Below are positions 46,825-58,658 of a stretch of 64,000 bases of DNA, piece by piece (within the stretch, counting starts at the first letter, position 1; each line of letters starts with the position of its first letter). The DNA is from an uncultured Hormoscilla sp. (lineage in GTDB: Bacteria > Cyanobacteriota > Cyanobacteriia > Cyanobacteriales > Desertifilaceae). A program made the position numbers and the translations under genes. The notes beneath the pieces are model-generated. The model was not told the origin of the DNA. It ran no database searches and saw only the letters and a list, made by a program, of their open reading frames with translations. The stretch spans positions 6,624,001 through 6,688,000 of the forward strand of contig OZ001293.3 in NCBI GenBank assembly GCA_963921275.4. The letters run 5' to 3'.

Positions 46825-47195
46825 CAAGTAGGGTGGGCACCGCCCACCAAAACGCTATGCTATGTAAGGCAATTATTTGTCACGGCCATGCCATGAATTT
46901 GCTTTCTGGGGCGATCGCATCTAACTTCCAATTATCCAAAAATCTAGTCAAGACATCCATATCGATCGCCTCTCGATTGAGCCTCAGAACAATATCTCTA
47001 TCTTCAACAGAAATGCTGTAACTTATTGGTTGGGAGATTTTCCTTTTCATTTGTCTACCACATCCCATCCCTATCCTTGTCAAGTCCGCGATCGCTTTTT
47101 TAAAACTTGACAAAATTCGATGGGTATGTTAAAGTAGCAAAGTCCGGAAAATCAGGACAGCTAGATGCCACCCACCGTCTAATCAGGACAGAGAG

Positions 47196-47519
47196 ATGCG
47201 TATTATTAGCCGGAGGAAACTGAGAGAATACTGGGAAAAACATTCCTTAGCTCAACCCGGACTTTTGCTATGGTACAATCCTGTATCAGATGCGGAATTC
47301 CAAAACTTTAACGATTTACGCCAAACCTTTTTCACCGTTCCGGAAAAATCAGCAGATTTAGTAGGCAATTTTACCGTTTTTAATATTGGGGGAAATAATT
47401 ATCGACTCATCACTTACATAGATTACGAAAAAGGGATAGTTTTTATCCGCGCCGTGCTAACTCATGCCGAATACGATAAGGAGAACTGGAAAAATGACGA
47501 TTGGTTTGAAAACTCCTAA
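47196..47519 (+). CDS. higB: HigB-family toxin
   Basis: MRIIS, VFNIGGNNYRLI, VLTHAEYDK. Confidence 0.9.
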   Translation: MRIISRRKLREYWEKHSLAQPGLLLWYNPVSDAEFQNFNDLRQTFFTVPEKSADLVGNFTVFNIGGNNYRLITYIDYEKGIVFIRAVLTHAEYDKENWKNDDWFENS

Positions 47520-47898
47520 CAGTTATTACATGGAAATAATTGCCACATTTCTACCCCGTCCGATAACTAACGAAGCAGAATTGATAGCTACCCAAAATCG
47601 GATTAATGATATTTTGGATAAAGGGCCCTTAACCAGAGACGATCGCGACTATCTGAATGTCTTAGGAATGTTGGTTTATGAATATGAAGAAAAGCACGAA
47701 CCACCAATGCCAAAAATTCGTGGTGTCGAATTTATCCAAGCTTTGTTGGCAGAATCCCAACTTCAACCTCAAGATTTAGTTCCTATTTTCGGCAACGAAT
47801 CTACAGTTTGGGAACTGTTGAATGGCGATCGCCAACTCGCGGACAATCAAATCCAAGAGTTAGCAGATTTTTTCCATATTTCTCCATCTATGTTTTAG
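47494..47898 (+). CDS. higA: HigA-family antitoxin
   Basis: PRPI..EAE, L..LVYEYE, C-terminal HTH. Confidence 0.85.
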   Translation: MTIGLKTPNSYYMEIIATFLPRPITNEAELIATQNRINDILDKGPLTRDDRDYLNVLGMLVYEYEEKHEPPMPKIRGVEFIQALLAESQLQPQDLVPIFGNESTVWELLNGDRQLADNQIQELADFFHISPSMF

Positions 47899-48002
47899 CA
47901 GCGAATACGGAAGACCCAGAGGGGGCAGAGCCTCCGGTGGACGTTCCCGGCCAGAGTCCAGGAACGAGAGAACAGTTATACAAGTAACAAACAACAACTA
48001 AT

Positions 48003-48611
48003 ATGAATCCCGATCGAGAAATTAGCCACCTCCTAGACCTGATACCTGCCTCCGGTAGAATGATGAGCAAAATTGTCAGCAAACCGGAACAAAGATTGGT
48101 AATTGATTGTAAATTTCCCCTGCCTTGGCATCGATCTCGACCTATTTACATTAATTTCGATCTGTGGCAGCAAATGTCACGACCCCAACGAGATTTGTTG
48201 CTGTTGCGCACTGTTAGCTGGCTTGGTAATGTAGTTTACCTGAAACCGGATATTTATCAAGGTTTAGCGGCCCTGGGAGTTGTAGGCACTGCGATCGAAC
48301 TCCTGCAAGCAGATGCCGTGGGCATAGTCGTCGCTGGGGGACTGACCGCGATCGCATCCAGTCAAGTTTGGCGGATGAACCGCCGCAGTCAATCCCAATT
48401 AGAAGCAGATGAAATAACAATTCGCGTGGCCGGACGCCGGGGTTACAATGAAACCGAAGCGGCCAGACATCTCTTGGGCGCGATCGAGTCTGTTGCTAAA
48501 ATAGAAGGACGACCGAGTTTGAATTTTATCGAACTGATCCGCTGCCAGAATTTAAGGGCGATCGGGAATCTCTCGCCCCTGGGAGTTCCCGAAAGCATTA
48601 GGCGAGATTAA
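48003..48611 (+). CDS. DUF3318-like conserved cyanobacterial protein
   Basis: LLD..PASGRM, INFDLW, ELIRCQNLRAI. Confidence 0.75.
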   Translation: MNPDREISHLLDLIPASGRMMSKIVSKPEQRLVIDCKFPLPWHRSRPIYINFDLWQQMSRPQRDLLLLRTVSWLGNVVYLKPDIYQGLAALGVVGTAIELLQADAVGIVVAGGLTAIASSQVWRMNRRSQSQLEADEITIRVAGRRGYNETEAARHLLGAIESVAKIEGRPSLNFIELIRCQNLRAIGNLSPLGVPESIRRD

Positions 48612-48641
48612 CCTTACATCCAGAAACCTGGTTTCTCAGCC

Positions 48642-49032
48642 TTGCAAAGGGACTGCTATCAACGGTTGGCCCTTGTCATAATTGGTGAGAATGCCGATAT
48701 TATTCCTTGGGGAACTTCCATCATCGATCTAGACATCTATTATCCACCAAATTTAGTAATTGAAGTTGCCAACACATCCTTGCCTGATGACAAGGGAGAA
48801 AAGCGACTGTTGTATGAAGATTTAAGGGTAAAAGAATACTGGCTCGTTGACGTGAAGAACGTACAAATCATTGCTTTTGCTATCCAGAATAATGGCAGCC
48901 AGCGAATTACTGAGTCTCAGATGTTACCAGGCTTAAGCAATTAACTTGCTCCAGTCCGCTTTGCAGCCGACTCGTCAGATGAATTAAAGCCAAGTTATTG
49001 CTTGGTTATTATCCCAATTTCAGCCAGGATAA
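48642..49032 (+). pseudogene. Uma2 endonuclease-like fragment
   Basis: PNLVIEVA, DKGEKRLLYE, EYWLVD. Confidence 0.7.
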
Positions 49033-49125
49033 CGATCTCAGCTACAACTCATAATTAACTCACCCTAGCCTCACAGGTTGATTGTATAATCGAAAAGAAA
49101 ATAACAAGTAAAGAGCAAGTGAGAG

Positions 49126-49854
49126 ATGTTCAATCAACGGAAACAAGGGCGATCAAGTCGCAAAATCAGACGAATTGTGAGTTATTGCCTAACTGCTATC
49201 TTAGTGGCGATAGTAATTATTGTAGCGAAAGAGTTCCAGGTGCAAGAACTATTAAGGAGGGCCTTAGCCTGGATAGACAGTCTTGGTCCTACTGGACCAG
49301 TAGCTTTTATTATTATTTATAACCTGGCTACTGTACTATTCATACCAGGAGCCCTGCTCACTCTAGGAGGTGGTGTCATTTTTGGGGTAATTTGGGGCTC
49401 GATCTACGTCTTGATCGCCGCTACCTTGGGTGCGACAGTTGCGTTTTTGATCGGACGATATTTATCTCGCGGTTGGGCGTGCCAGCAGCTGGAGGCGCAC
49501 CCTCAGTTGAAGGCGATCGATCTAGCAGTTGCCAGGTCAGGATTTAAGATAGTATTTTTAACGCGCCTTTGTCCCATATTGCCATTCAACCTGTTGAATT
49601 ATGCCTTTGGCGTCATGCAGCTTTCCTTAAAAGACTATATCTTGGGTTCCGTTGGCATGATTCCAGGAACAGTGGTGTATGTTTATATGGGTGCTTTAGT
49701 GGGAGATATCGCCACAATAGGGACAGAGGTGAGCCTCAGTCCCCAAGCAGAAGCCCTGAAGTGGGCGATCAATATTATTGGTTCGATCACCACAGTTGCC
49801 GTGACAGTCTATATCACCAAACTCGCCCATAAGGCTTTAGCAGAAACTGTTTAA
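49126..49854 (+). CDS. TVP38/TMEM64 family membrane protein
   Basis: LFIPG..LTLGGG, RL.P..PFNLLNYAFG, PGT..YVY. Confidence 0.9.
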   Translation: MFNQRKQGRSSRKIRRIVSYCLTAILVAIVIIVAKEFQVQELLRRALAWIDSLGPTGPVAFIIIYNLATVLFIPGALLTLGGGVIFGVIWGSIYVLIAATLGATVAFLIGRYLSRGWACQQLEAHPQLKAIDLAVARSGFKIVFLTRLCPILPFNLLNYAFGVMQLSLKDYILGSVGMIPGTVVYVYMGALVGDIATIGTEVSLSPQAEALKWAINIIGSITTVAVTVYITKLAHKALAETV

Positions 49855-50615
49855 AATCGAACCTGTTGCAGCTGTAGAGTTATGGACTGAAGTAGAAGTG
49901 CTTCAGCTGAGTGGAGAAAGAAATGATCCCCTGGAAACATTTGCAGATCGAAAGCAGCAGTGGTATGACGATCCCAAGATGACAGATTCTCACGACTGGC
50001 CTTGAAATCCTGCAAGCCACCAAAGGCAGAGATGGGAAAATCAAAAGCAGGCTCATTTTTGTAAACATAGGTTTCAATCAGCTCAAAGTCTGCCCGCAAA
50101 ATAGGGAGAAACAGTTGCATCAGTTCGGCATTTGTTAGCACCTCTGAGGGAGTACCGTTGTAACCGCGCAGTTTTTCCACAAATTCAGCTTCTGGCAAGG
50201 CGTGGATGGGCGGTTCTGGATCGGGAATTTGCGGGGCGCCGCGACCGGAGATCGAGAGGTTCGACAGCTGGCGATCGCCCCGTTTGCGCAGCAGACGGGC
50301 CAGTTCAAAGCTCACCAGTGCGCCCATGCTATGACCGAAGAAAGCAAAGGGTTTGTCCAACTCTGGCAGCAAGGCAAGGGCGATCGCCTCTACCAGGGGT
50401 TCCATCCTGGTGAAAGGCGCGTCCTTGATCCGAGTTCCCCGTCCGGGAAGTTCCACAGCACAAACCTCCACAGTCGGTGGTAGACGATCCGGCCAGGAAC
50501 GGAACACCGCCGCACTGCCACCAGCGTAGGGGAAGCAGAACAGCCGCAGCTGGGCCTTGGGATTAGGCTTGAGGTATTTAATCCAGGGGTTTTTGCTTGG
50601 CCTGCTTGTCATCAT
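49851..50615 (-). CDS. Type II thioesterase
   Basis: LFCFPYAGG, GHSMG, LRADF, GDHFF. Confidence 0.92.
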   Translation of the reverse strand: MMTSRPSKNPWIKYLKPNPKAQLRLFCFPYAGGSAAVFRSWPDRLPPTVEVCAVELPGRGTRIKDAPFTRMEPLVEAIALALLPELDKPFAFFGHSMGALVSFELARLLRKRGDRQLSNLSISGRGAPQIPDPEPPIHALPEAEFVEKLRGYNGTPSEVLTNAELMQLFLPILRADFELIETYVYKNEPAFDFPISAFGGLQDFKASRENLSSWDRHTTAAFDLQMFPGDHFFLHSAEALLLQSITLQLQQVRF

Positions 50616-50802
50616 GCAATTAATCGGCTATACTTGGACATCGGCATGCAGCGGGAAGGGGTTCTCACTCCTCTAACCATACCAGTAAATTATCAAATAG
50701 TCAAGTTTCGAGATCCTATTTTATTATCATGTTGACAGATATTTCAACACCAGTGATCGAGCAGAAGATCGGAAGGAGTAAAAACTCACGGTCCTTAATC
50801 AT

Positions 50803-51690
50803 ATGCTAAAATTGCTAGAGAACTTCCAAAAACTGATAAATAGCAACCTAACAATGTCAGGGGAAGATGGCAAGTGGATGAACCAGATTTTATCAAGATC
50901 GAGTTGTCGCCAGATCGCCGGTTTGCTCCTGACAATAGCGGCCCTGATGATTAGCTTCCCATTTCTGAACCAGAAGGGAGCCAAAACCAGTCAACAACTT
51001 GATAATATTTGCCAGCAAATCATCAAAAAAGATGCCGTAATCAATCAAGCACAACTGCAGCAACTGCAATTCAAAGAAGGCGTGAAAAAAGCGGTGATTC
51101 GTGAAATCTTGGGATACCCATACTGTCTGCTCCCCAAAGCGGCCATTCGTGCTAGCACGATCGCGGAAAGTGAAGTTTACCAAAGTTCAGAAAATTACCG
51201 CTTGATTGTCGCCTATGAAAACGACCAATATATCGGCTATGGTATTGAGGGGGATAGTTCAGCTCAATACCAACCAAGGCGGAAACAAATAGAAGTCGAA
51301 AAAGTTTGGGGGATTGAGGCTAGTGAAGTAATTGCCGGTCAGCGCGGAATTGGCGGTTTGGGTGATATTTCCCTAGAATACGAGGGTTCTGTAAAAGCCC
51401 CTGTGGCTGGTGTAGTTGATAGTGAGTTTGTCCTAGTAACTGATTCTGATTTGATTGCTGGCACAAGGGATTGTGTAATCTTTTTTAGCCCCCAACTCCC
51501 GGCTTATTTGTTAAAGATATGCGGCTTGACAGAGCGATATTTAGGACCAGTAGATTCCGATAGCCCGATCGGGAAAACCGATGGCTCATTACATCTGTCT
51601 CTATTGTCATTCCGCAAAGATGCTAGCCAAACTAGCAAGTGGATTTATGTTTCTCCTTCGTCAAAACTGATCGAACAACTGGAGAGGTGA
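50803..51690 (+). CDS. Hypothetical membrane-anchored protein
   Basis: 295-aa ORF with one TM segment. Confidence 0.65.
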   Translation: MLKLLENFQKLINSNLTMSGEDGKWMNQILSRSSCRQIAGLLLTIAALMISFPFLNQKGAKTSQQLDNICQQIIKKDAVINQAQLQQLQFKEGVKKAVIREILGYPYCLLPKAAIRASTIAESEVYQSSENYRLIVAYENDQYIGYGIEGDSSAQYQPRRKQIEVEKVWGIEASEVIAGQRGIGGLGDISLEYEGSVKAPVAGVVDSEFVLVTDSDLIAGTRDCVIFFSPQLPAYLLKICGLTERYLGPVDSDSPIGKTDGSLHLSLLSFRKDASQTSKWIYVSPSSKLIEQLER

Positions 51691-51691
51691 A

Positions 51692-52744
51692 ATGATGAAC
51701 AAAAAGCATTATTACCTGGCAGCGACGCTCCTGGCTTTGCCGATCTGTGCAGAGATGAATCAGGTGGCGATCGCAGATGAAATTGGACTATATTTCGGTG
51801 TTCCTAACTAAAGCGCTCCGGTAGGATCTCCAGTAGTTGCAGCACCTGCGATCGAGGTAGTTCCGGAAAAGATGGCTGTGGCAAACTTTGAACCTTTGGA
51901 AGTTGCGGCTCCCTATTTTATCGATCGCACGCCACCGGGAAGCTACGATTTTACCCTGTTGCGGAACGATAAAGACAATGTAGAAATTCCCGCACCCTGC
52001 GCGGGGACGGTTACTCACGTCAAATACAGCAGTCAGGGTTATGGTAATCCCGTGGAAATTTACTGCGAAGAGTCTGGTTATGCTTATTTCATGGCCCATC
52101 TAGATTCAATTGCTGTCCGGATCGGACAAAGGGCGATCAAGGGAGAAACCTTGGGAGTTCAAGGGAGTACCGGACGATCTACGGGACCGCATATTCATTT
52201 GGAAATAGGCGATCGTCCTTACCTGGAATTTAACCCTAAGAACCGCATTGTTAACCAGAATATTACGGCTCCACTGGTCTACGAGTACTTGGCCTTTGTC
52301 ACCGGGACTCCCCAAAATCTACCAAATCAGAACATTGCTTCCCAAGCAGAACCAGCTATCAAGGAGGTAGATTTTAGCGATATTAGGATTAACTTTGATG
52401 TACCTGTAATAACCCATCAACCGCAATCCGATATTGGGCTCAATTTCTCTGCTACTCATATAAGTGAGAAAAGTCAAGACGCAGCTGCAATTTCTCAAGT
52501 AAGAACAATTCCCGATCGGTGGTGGGAACAAGGGTCTGACTCTCCCTTGGTGATCGCCATTGGTGCAGCGGAGGGAACCCGCCGTGGGGATGGGAGCAAA
52601 AAACTAGCCTACTATTGGCACAGAGACCCGGGCAATGGGGCAGATAACTTTGGCACTTTCAGCTATCAGCATTTGCACGCAAAAGAAACAAAGCCAGTTC
52701 AACTGGTGCGGGATAGTGCGATTCGTTCCGGCATAAGCCAGTAG
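51692..52744 (+). pseudogene. M23 peptidase domain protein, in-frame TAA near 51810, C-terminus apparently truncated
   Basis: GYGN, AHL, GSTGRSTGPHIHLE. Confidence 0.7.
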
Positions 52745-52792
52745 GTGAAAGTCGGGTCTGGCTCTATCAGCCAGATAACTGCTCACTGATAA

Positions 52793-53137
52793 TTAGGTAT
52801 TGGGGTTATCGTCTCGGTTGCGTTGGTCCAGCAGCATCTCCCACATGCGCTTATTTTCTGTTTGCAGGCCGCGAATCTCTGACTGTTGTTGAATAATAAG
52901 CCGGAGATTTTCTTGCCGTTCTGCTGCTGCAGCTCGCCGTTCCTCTGCTGCGGCGAGCCGTTCTTCTGCTGCTTCTGCCATAGTATCAGCTATAGCTTGA
53001 ATGACACGAGCGTTACTATTGGCTATATTGGCGGTCTCTTCTAGTTTCTGGCTCAAACCTTGGACTTCGGTGGCTATACCGCTCACTATGTCTGCCAGAC
53101 GGTCTAATTTTTCATCGTTCCAACGTGAGGTCGTCAT
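52793..53137 (-). CDS. Coiled-coil protein, tandem copy 1
   Basis: Near-identical to 53400-53723 and 53901-54287. Confidence 0.8.
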   Translation of the reverse strand: MTTSRWNDEKLDRLADIVSGIATEVQGLSQKLEETANIANSNARVIQAIADTMAEAAEERLAAAEERRAAAAERQENLRLIIQQQSEIRGLQTENKRMWEMLLDQRNRDDNPNT

Positions 53138-53399
53138 TGTTTTTTCCTCTATTGACTGCTTAGTTCACCAGGGCAAAAATCTCTAGCTTCCCTAAATTAA
53201 TTGTGCAATATTGGTTGGCTGAAGTCCTTACCATGCAATTGTTTTAGCTGCGATTGGAATATTTACACTAGATATTTAGGCGAGCACACAGTTTCCTTTT
53301 CTGTCTCATGTATTGAAAACAAAAGGCAATCTCGATCGCCAAACATGCATTCGTGAGGTTATATTTCGTGCTTCTACCCAACCTAGGAGTTGCTGATAA

Positions 53400-53723
53400 T
53401 TATGTGTTGGGGTTATCGTCTCGGTTGCGTTGGTCCAGCAGCATCTCCCACATGCGCTTATTTTCTGTTTGCAGGCCGCGAATCTCTGACTGTTGTTGAA
53501 TAATAAGCCGGAGGTTTTCTTGCCGTTCTGCTGCTGCTGCCCGCCGTTCTTCTGCTGCTTCTGCCATAGTATTAGCTATAGCTTGAATGACACGAGCGTT
53601 ACTATTGGCTATATTGGCTGTCTCTTCTAGTTTCTGGCTCAAACCTTGGACTTCGGCGGCTATACCGCTCACTATGTCCGCCAGACGGTCTAATTTTTCA
53701 TCGTTCCAACGTGAGGTCGTCAT
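53400..53723 (-). CDS. Coiled-coil protein, tandem copy 2
   Basis: Paralog of the flanking copies. Confidence 0.8.
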   Translation of the reverse strand: MTTSRWNDEKLDRLADIVSGIAAEVQGLSQKLEETANIANSNARVIQAIANTMAEAAEERRAAAAERQENLRLIIQQQSEIRGLQTENKRMWEMLLDQRNRDDNPNT

Positions 53724-53900
53724 TGTTTTTTCCTTTATTGACTGCTTAGTTAACTAGGGCGAAAATCTCTAGCTCCCCTAAATTAATTGTGCAATATTGG
53801 TTGGCTGAAGTCCTTACTAGGCAATGATTTCAGCCGCGCTCGCCCAACATGCCAATGCCAAAGCACTGCTCACTGCTCACTGATAACTGCTCGCTGATAA

Positions 53901-54287
53901 TTAGGTATTTGGGTTATCGTCTCGGTTGCGTTGGTCCAGCAGCATCTCCCACATGCGCTTATTTTCTGTTTGCAGGCCGCGAATCTCTGACTGTTGTTGA
54001 ATAATAAGCCGGAGGTTTTCTTGCCGTTCCTCTGCTGCTGCTCGCCGTTCCTTTGCTGCTGCTCGCCGTTCCTCTGCTGCTGCTCGCCGTTCCTCTGCTG
54101 CTTCTGCCATAGTATTAGCTATAGCTTGAATGACACGAGCGTTACTATTGGCTATATTGGTCGTCTCTTCTAGTTTCTGGGTCAAACCTTGGACTTGGGA
54201 GGTCAAACCTTGGACTTCGGTGGCTATGCCGCTCACTATGTCTGCCAGACGGTCTAATTTTTCGTCGTTCCAACGTTCAGTCGTCAT
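53901..54287 (-). CDS. Coiled-coil protein, tandem copy 3
   Basis: Paralog with extra heptads. Confidence 0.8.
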   Translation of the reverse strand: MTTERWNDEKLDRLADIVSGIATEVQGLTSQVQGLTQKLEETTNIANSNARVIQAIANTMAEAAEERRAAAEERRAAAKERRAAAEERQENLRLIIQQQSEIRGLQTENKRMWEMLLDQRNRDDNPNT

Positions 54288-54389
54288 TGTTTTTTTCCTC
54301 GATTGACTGCTTATATCATATTAGATTAAATGATCGCTTGTAGGTTGGGTTGAGGCACGAAACTCAACTCGGAACCCAACTACAGAGGA

Positions 54390-56056
54390 TTACTTTTGAG
54401 GAACGACATCAAAAGCGATACTGATCCGTTGTTGGTCGCTATCAAGAGGTATAGTGCGGTGCCAAAAATAGGAGAATAGGAGGGAAATATCAGCCTTAAC
54501 CCTGTTCGGGGCTGAATCATTTTTACTGTGGGTTGGGTAGTCTCGTAGGCATAGATCCAACTGCGACCAAACTCGATCCACCCCTATTGTTCCTCCGTGG
54601 TAACATAGTCGGGAACCTGAACGTAATATACTCCACTCTGCCAACCCCCCGGATGGCAATGTGATGTTTGATGCCCTTGCCTACGGAGGATGGTGACGAA
54701 GATCCTCAAGCTCCATTTTTGCGGGCGGTGGGCTAAGAATGGATGTTCTTTATCTACAGGTAATATACGTATATACTCGGTAACTGCACTTTCGATGACC
54801 TGTTTGAATAGGGTGATCAGGCCGTTCCATCTGCAATTCGTCCGTCTGGCAGCCAAAACGAGTGGTACCTCGGTTGCTGCAGCCCTGGGCAGGATGGGTG
54901 CCAACCCGGCAGGCCAGTGCAGTATTAAAATTAATTGGCACTTTTACGTATCGCTGGCGCAGGAAACGGTTAAAATCCACGAGTCCGTCGTATCCCGACG
55001 ATCGCCCATTTCGTCGAGGGCCACAGCCTTGTGGGCCAAGACCAGAGTGCTTCCAGGTTGAAGCTGCAACCAAGCATTGCAAGCCTGAAGTAGGACTTGC
55101 GGATCTCCCAGCAGTTGCAGAGTGCTGGCAACTTGCTGACCTAACTGTCCCGGTTCGGATGCGATGCCGATCGCCTGACGCAGAGCCTTTTGGGCCTCTT
55201 GGGTACAACTCGAACAGCAAGCCCGATAATACAGTATGCAGATCGGGGAGTTGCGGTGCTAGTTGGATAGCTTTGCAGAAAGCCTCTTCTGCTTCCGCAA
55301 GTCTTTGGCAACGGAACAATGATATTCCCAACCATTTGTATAGCTTGGCATTGTCTGTTTTGAGGGCGATCGGCTGACGCCAAGTCGTTTCTGCTGCTTC
55401 TGATCGTCCGGACTTGACCAATACTTCTCCCAGGCGACTGTGGAACTCTGGCACTTCCGGTTCGAGGGCGATCGCCTTTCCCAGGGCTTTTTCTGCTGAG
55501 GCCAGATGCCCGCAGTGGGAAGATATTCCAGCTTACCCTGAAATTCGGCATTATCGGGTTTCAGCTGCACCGCCTCACTCATAGGAGCAAGGGCTTCCTC
55601 TGTCCGCCCTGGACGAGGACTTCCGATAGTTCCCAATATAGGTCAGGATCGGCAGTTGCGGTCAGGCCCATTGCCTCGCGCAAGCAATTTTCCGCCTCAT
55701 CCAGCTGATCGCAGTTTTTGAGGGCGACTCCCAGGGTTTTTTGCCAGGTGGCTGACTTTGGTTTTATCGTCAGGGCCCGGCGGTAGCAGGCGATCGCCTC
55801 TTGCCAGCGACCCCGTCCCCTATGGATATTACCCAGATTTTGCCATGCCGAAAAGTCATCTGGTGCGATCGCCAGGGACTTGTTAATCAACTGAACTGCG
55901 GCAGGATAATTTCCTCTTTGGTCGGCGATGATGCCCAGACGATGCAATGCATGGGGATGATTTGGCAACTGCTTGAGTATCTGCTGATACAGAGTTTCTG
56001 CCGCCGCTGACTTTCCGACCCTTAAGTGGCGATCGGCCAGGGCCAGGGCTTGCTGG
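54390..56056 (-). pseudogene. TPR protein with C-terminal putative 2OG-Fe(II) oxygenase, multiply frameshifted
   Basis: AWQNLGNI, EAIACYRRAL; H.HP.GW.SGVYYV, WHRTIP, RISIAFDV. Confidence 0.75.
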
Positions 56057-56356
56057 GGTGTTAAAGTTTTGGATGTCGGAGCGATGCCTTCGGGGTTTTT
56101 GCGTCAGCGCAGCTGCTGCGCAGCCGCTAGCATCCCGAAGGCATCGTCTGGCTAGCCATTTTCTAGTTTTCTCTAGAAACTTGGCGAGCGATCGCCCCTT
56201 TGCCGCGTGCTATACTCCCAACGGTCAGGAACTGCGCTTTTTTGACCAGAAAAAATTTATCATTGCGAGGGGGGATAGAGGATCGAGAATCTCGCAAAAA
56301 CCCCCCTCGCAATGACAATCGCCGCAAAAAGTGCAAGTCTATCCCGTTCTGGGTAT

Positions 56357-56584
56357 CTATTCCTTCTTGCTAGCTGCCGCTTGCTCCATCTGCTTCCGGA
56401 GGCTGAGGGGTCGCATGTCAGTCCACACTTCCTTAATGTAACTCAAGCATTCTGCTTTTGTACCACTTTTGTCAACGGAACGCCAGCCCGGAGCCTTTTC
56501 CCTGTCTGCTGGCCATATGGAATATTGCTCTTCATGATTTACAACCACATTGTAAATTGTCTTGTCTTCTTCGTCTTGGTTCAT
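56357..56584 (-). CDS. mbtH: MbtH-like protein
   Basis: [30 protein letters not shown]. Confidence 0.95.
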   Translation of the reverse strand: MNQDEEDKTIYNVVVNHEEQYSIWPADREKAPGWRSVDKSGTKAECLSYIKEVWTDMRPLSLRKQMEQAAASKKE

Positions 56585-56842
56585 TTTCCCTCCTTGTTTG
56601 TAGTAAGCACTTTAGTACTTCCCGCTCTTGTTTGTAGTAAGCACTTTAGTGCTTCCCAGGCGCGAAGCGCCTAGCGAATAGTTATCACCTGGGGTGGTGT
56701 CGCATCTGGCGGATAGAGGAAGTCTAGTTGCACTAGGCGTCTTTCTCCCCCTGCCATTGACAATTTTACCAAAGGTTCCCCCGCCCCGGCGCTGCACCAG
56801 ATGCACGTACCGAGTTTGGGGAATTCCTCCGTCATCATTATA

Positions 56843-57706
56843 CTATAGGCGGATGGTTCCCCGAAAGGCCACCCCTCGACCTGCTGAAAATCTCAATCCT
56901 CCTTTTGTTAGTTGGTCTTCTTTAATGGGAAAATGGAAGGCGATCGTCACCGGTTGTTCTTCCTTCCTGGGATTATAAACTGGCAAAGAGAGACTGTATT
57001 GGACTCCATAATTCCCATGGGCTTGATATGCTGTATCCTGGTAACGGGCCAACATCGGCGCACTTTGAATTTGCTTTGTCCCCAGAGTACCAGCTAACAG
57101 GGTACTAATCCCATAAGATAATGCTTTGCCTGGTTCCGGAATGGTTAAATAACTTTTCCGATCGCCATCTACTATTTTACCTTGCCATTGGGAACCTCGC
57201 GCTACCCCCGCTACCCTACCATATCTTATCTCTCCTGTGGCGCGATCGGGCCTTGTCGGTCTCGGTTCTCGTGGTCCTGCTAACTCCCCTGTTTCCAACA
57301 ATTCCTGCCATGCTGCTAAACTGGGGTCATTCCCATCTGCATTATTTTTAGCAAACATCGCCAAACTGGCAGCATACGCTACGCTATTGCACCGCTACTC
57401 CGCAACCGCATCAAGGTCGATCGCCCGTTGATTGGCGGGACAAGCGATCGCACGGGAATTGGCAGATTAAGTAACATCTGACTTGAGTCGGGTGGAATTA
57501 CCATCTTAGCAGGAAATTCCGGTTGTCGCTTTCCCCGCAGGATGTCTCGTCGCGCGATCGCCCGGTCCAGAGTACAGAGTACCCAAAGGATTTTCCAGCA
57601 ATGGCGGTAACTCGATTTCGGGACTGTTGCTGTTAAATACTGGAACTGCATCCAACTGTCCTGGTAAAGGTCGCACTGCAAGACTAAGAACTACCTCTTT
57701 TGCCAT
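56843..57706 (-). pseudogene. DUF3370-like protein remnant
   Basis: VRPLPGQLD.VPVFNSNSPE, NGRSTL.RL, AHGNYGV.Y, FRGT. Confidence 0.65.
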
Positions 57707-57963
57707 TTATCCTGAGTTGTGGGTTGTTAGTTGTTAGTTGTGGGTTGATTACTGACCACCGCCGACCACTGACTACTAACACTATCTGGATTTATTATAC
57801 CATAAAGTATTGACAATGAACAAATAACCATGAATCAGATTATTATATGCTTGACCATGATAACTGCTATCTTACCAGGACCAGTAGCGTAAGGTGGGGA
57901 TATCGGGTTAAGGATGAAAATATTATATAATACAGAGAGTTCAGCTTTCAAGGAAATCGAGCC

Positions 57964-58599
57964 ATGTCATTTATCGCCGTGGTAGACTACGATATGGGAA
58001 ATCTGCACTCCGTCTGTAAAGGACTGGAGAAGGCAGGTACAAACCCGAAAATAACTGATTCCGCCAGAGAAATCAAACTGGCAGATGCGGTGCTATTGCC
58101 AGGCGTGGGATCCTTTGACCCCACAGTCCAAAACTTGCGATCGCGCGGGTTAGAGGATGCCATCAAGGAGGCGATCGCCAGTGGGAAACCGTTCTTAGGC
58201 ATCTGTATGGGTTTGCAAATCTTGTTTGACAGCAGCGAAGAAGGGAAAGAACCGGGTTTAGGCATTATACCGGGTAAAGTGCGCCGATTTCAATCGGAAC
58301 CAAACATCACTATACCACATATGGGCTGGAACCAGCTAGAACTTACTCAACCAGATGTTCTTCTTTGGCAAAATCTCCTTGCTAACCCTTGGGTTTATTT
58401 CGTGCATTCCTATTATGTAGACCCAGTTGACCCCAAAATCCGCGCCGCAACTATTACCCACGGCAGTCAAACCGTAACTGCCGCGATCGCCCGTGGTAAC
58501 CTGATGGCAGTGCAGTTTCACCCTGAAAAGTCCTCTACCATTGGGTTACAAATGCTTTCTAACTTTGTAAGTCAATTGCCAACCAAGATTGCTGCTTAA
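57964..58599 (+). CDS. hisH: Imidazole glycerol phosphate synthase subunit HisH
   Basis: DYDMGNL, LGICMG, PHMGWN, FVHSY, QFHPEKS. Confidence 0.96.
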   Translation: MSFIAVVDYDMGNLHSVCKGLEKAGTNPKITDSAREIKLADAVLLPGVGSFDPTVQNLRSRGLEDAIKEAIASGKPFLGICMGLQILFDSSEEGKEPGLGIIPGKVRRFQSEPNITIPHMGWNQLELTQPDVLLWQNLLANPWVYFVHSYYVDPVDPKIRAATITHGSQTVTAAIARGNLMAVQFHPEKSSTIGLQMLSNFVSQLPTKIAA

Positions 58600-58658
58600 T
58601 GGTAAGTAGGGTGGGCATTGCCCACCTTACAATTATACATTACCTACTACCGTAAAAT

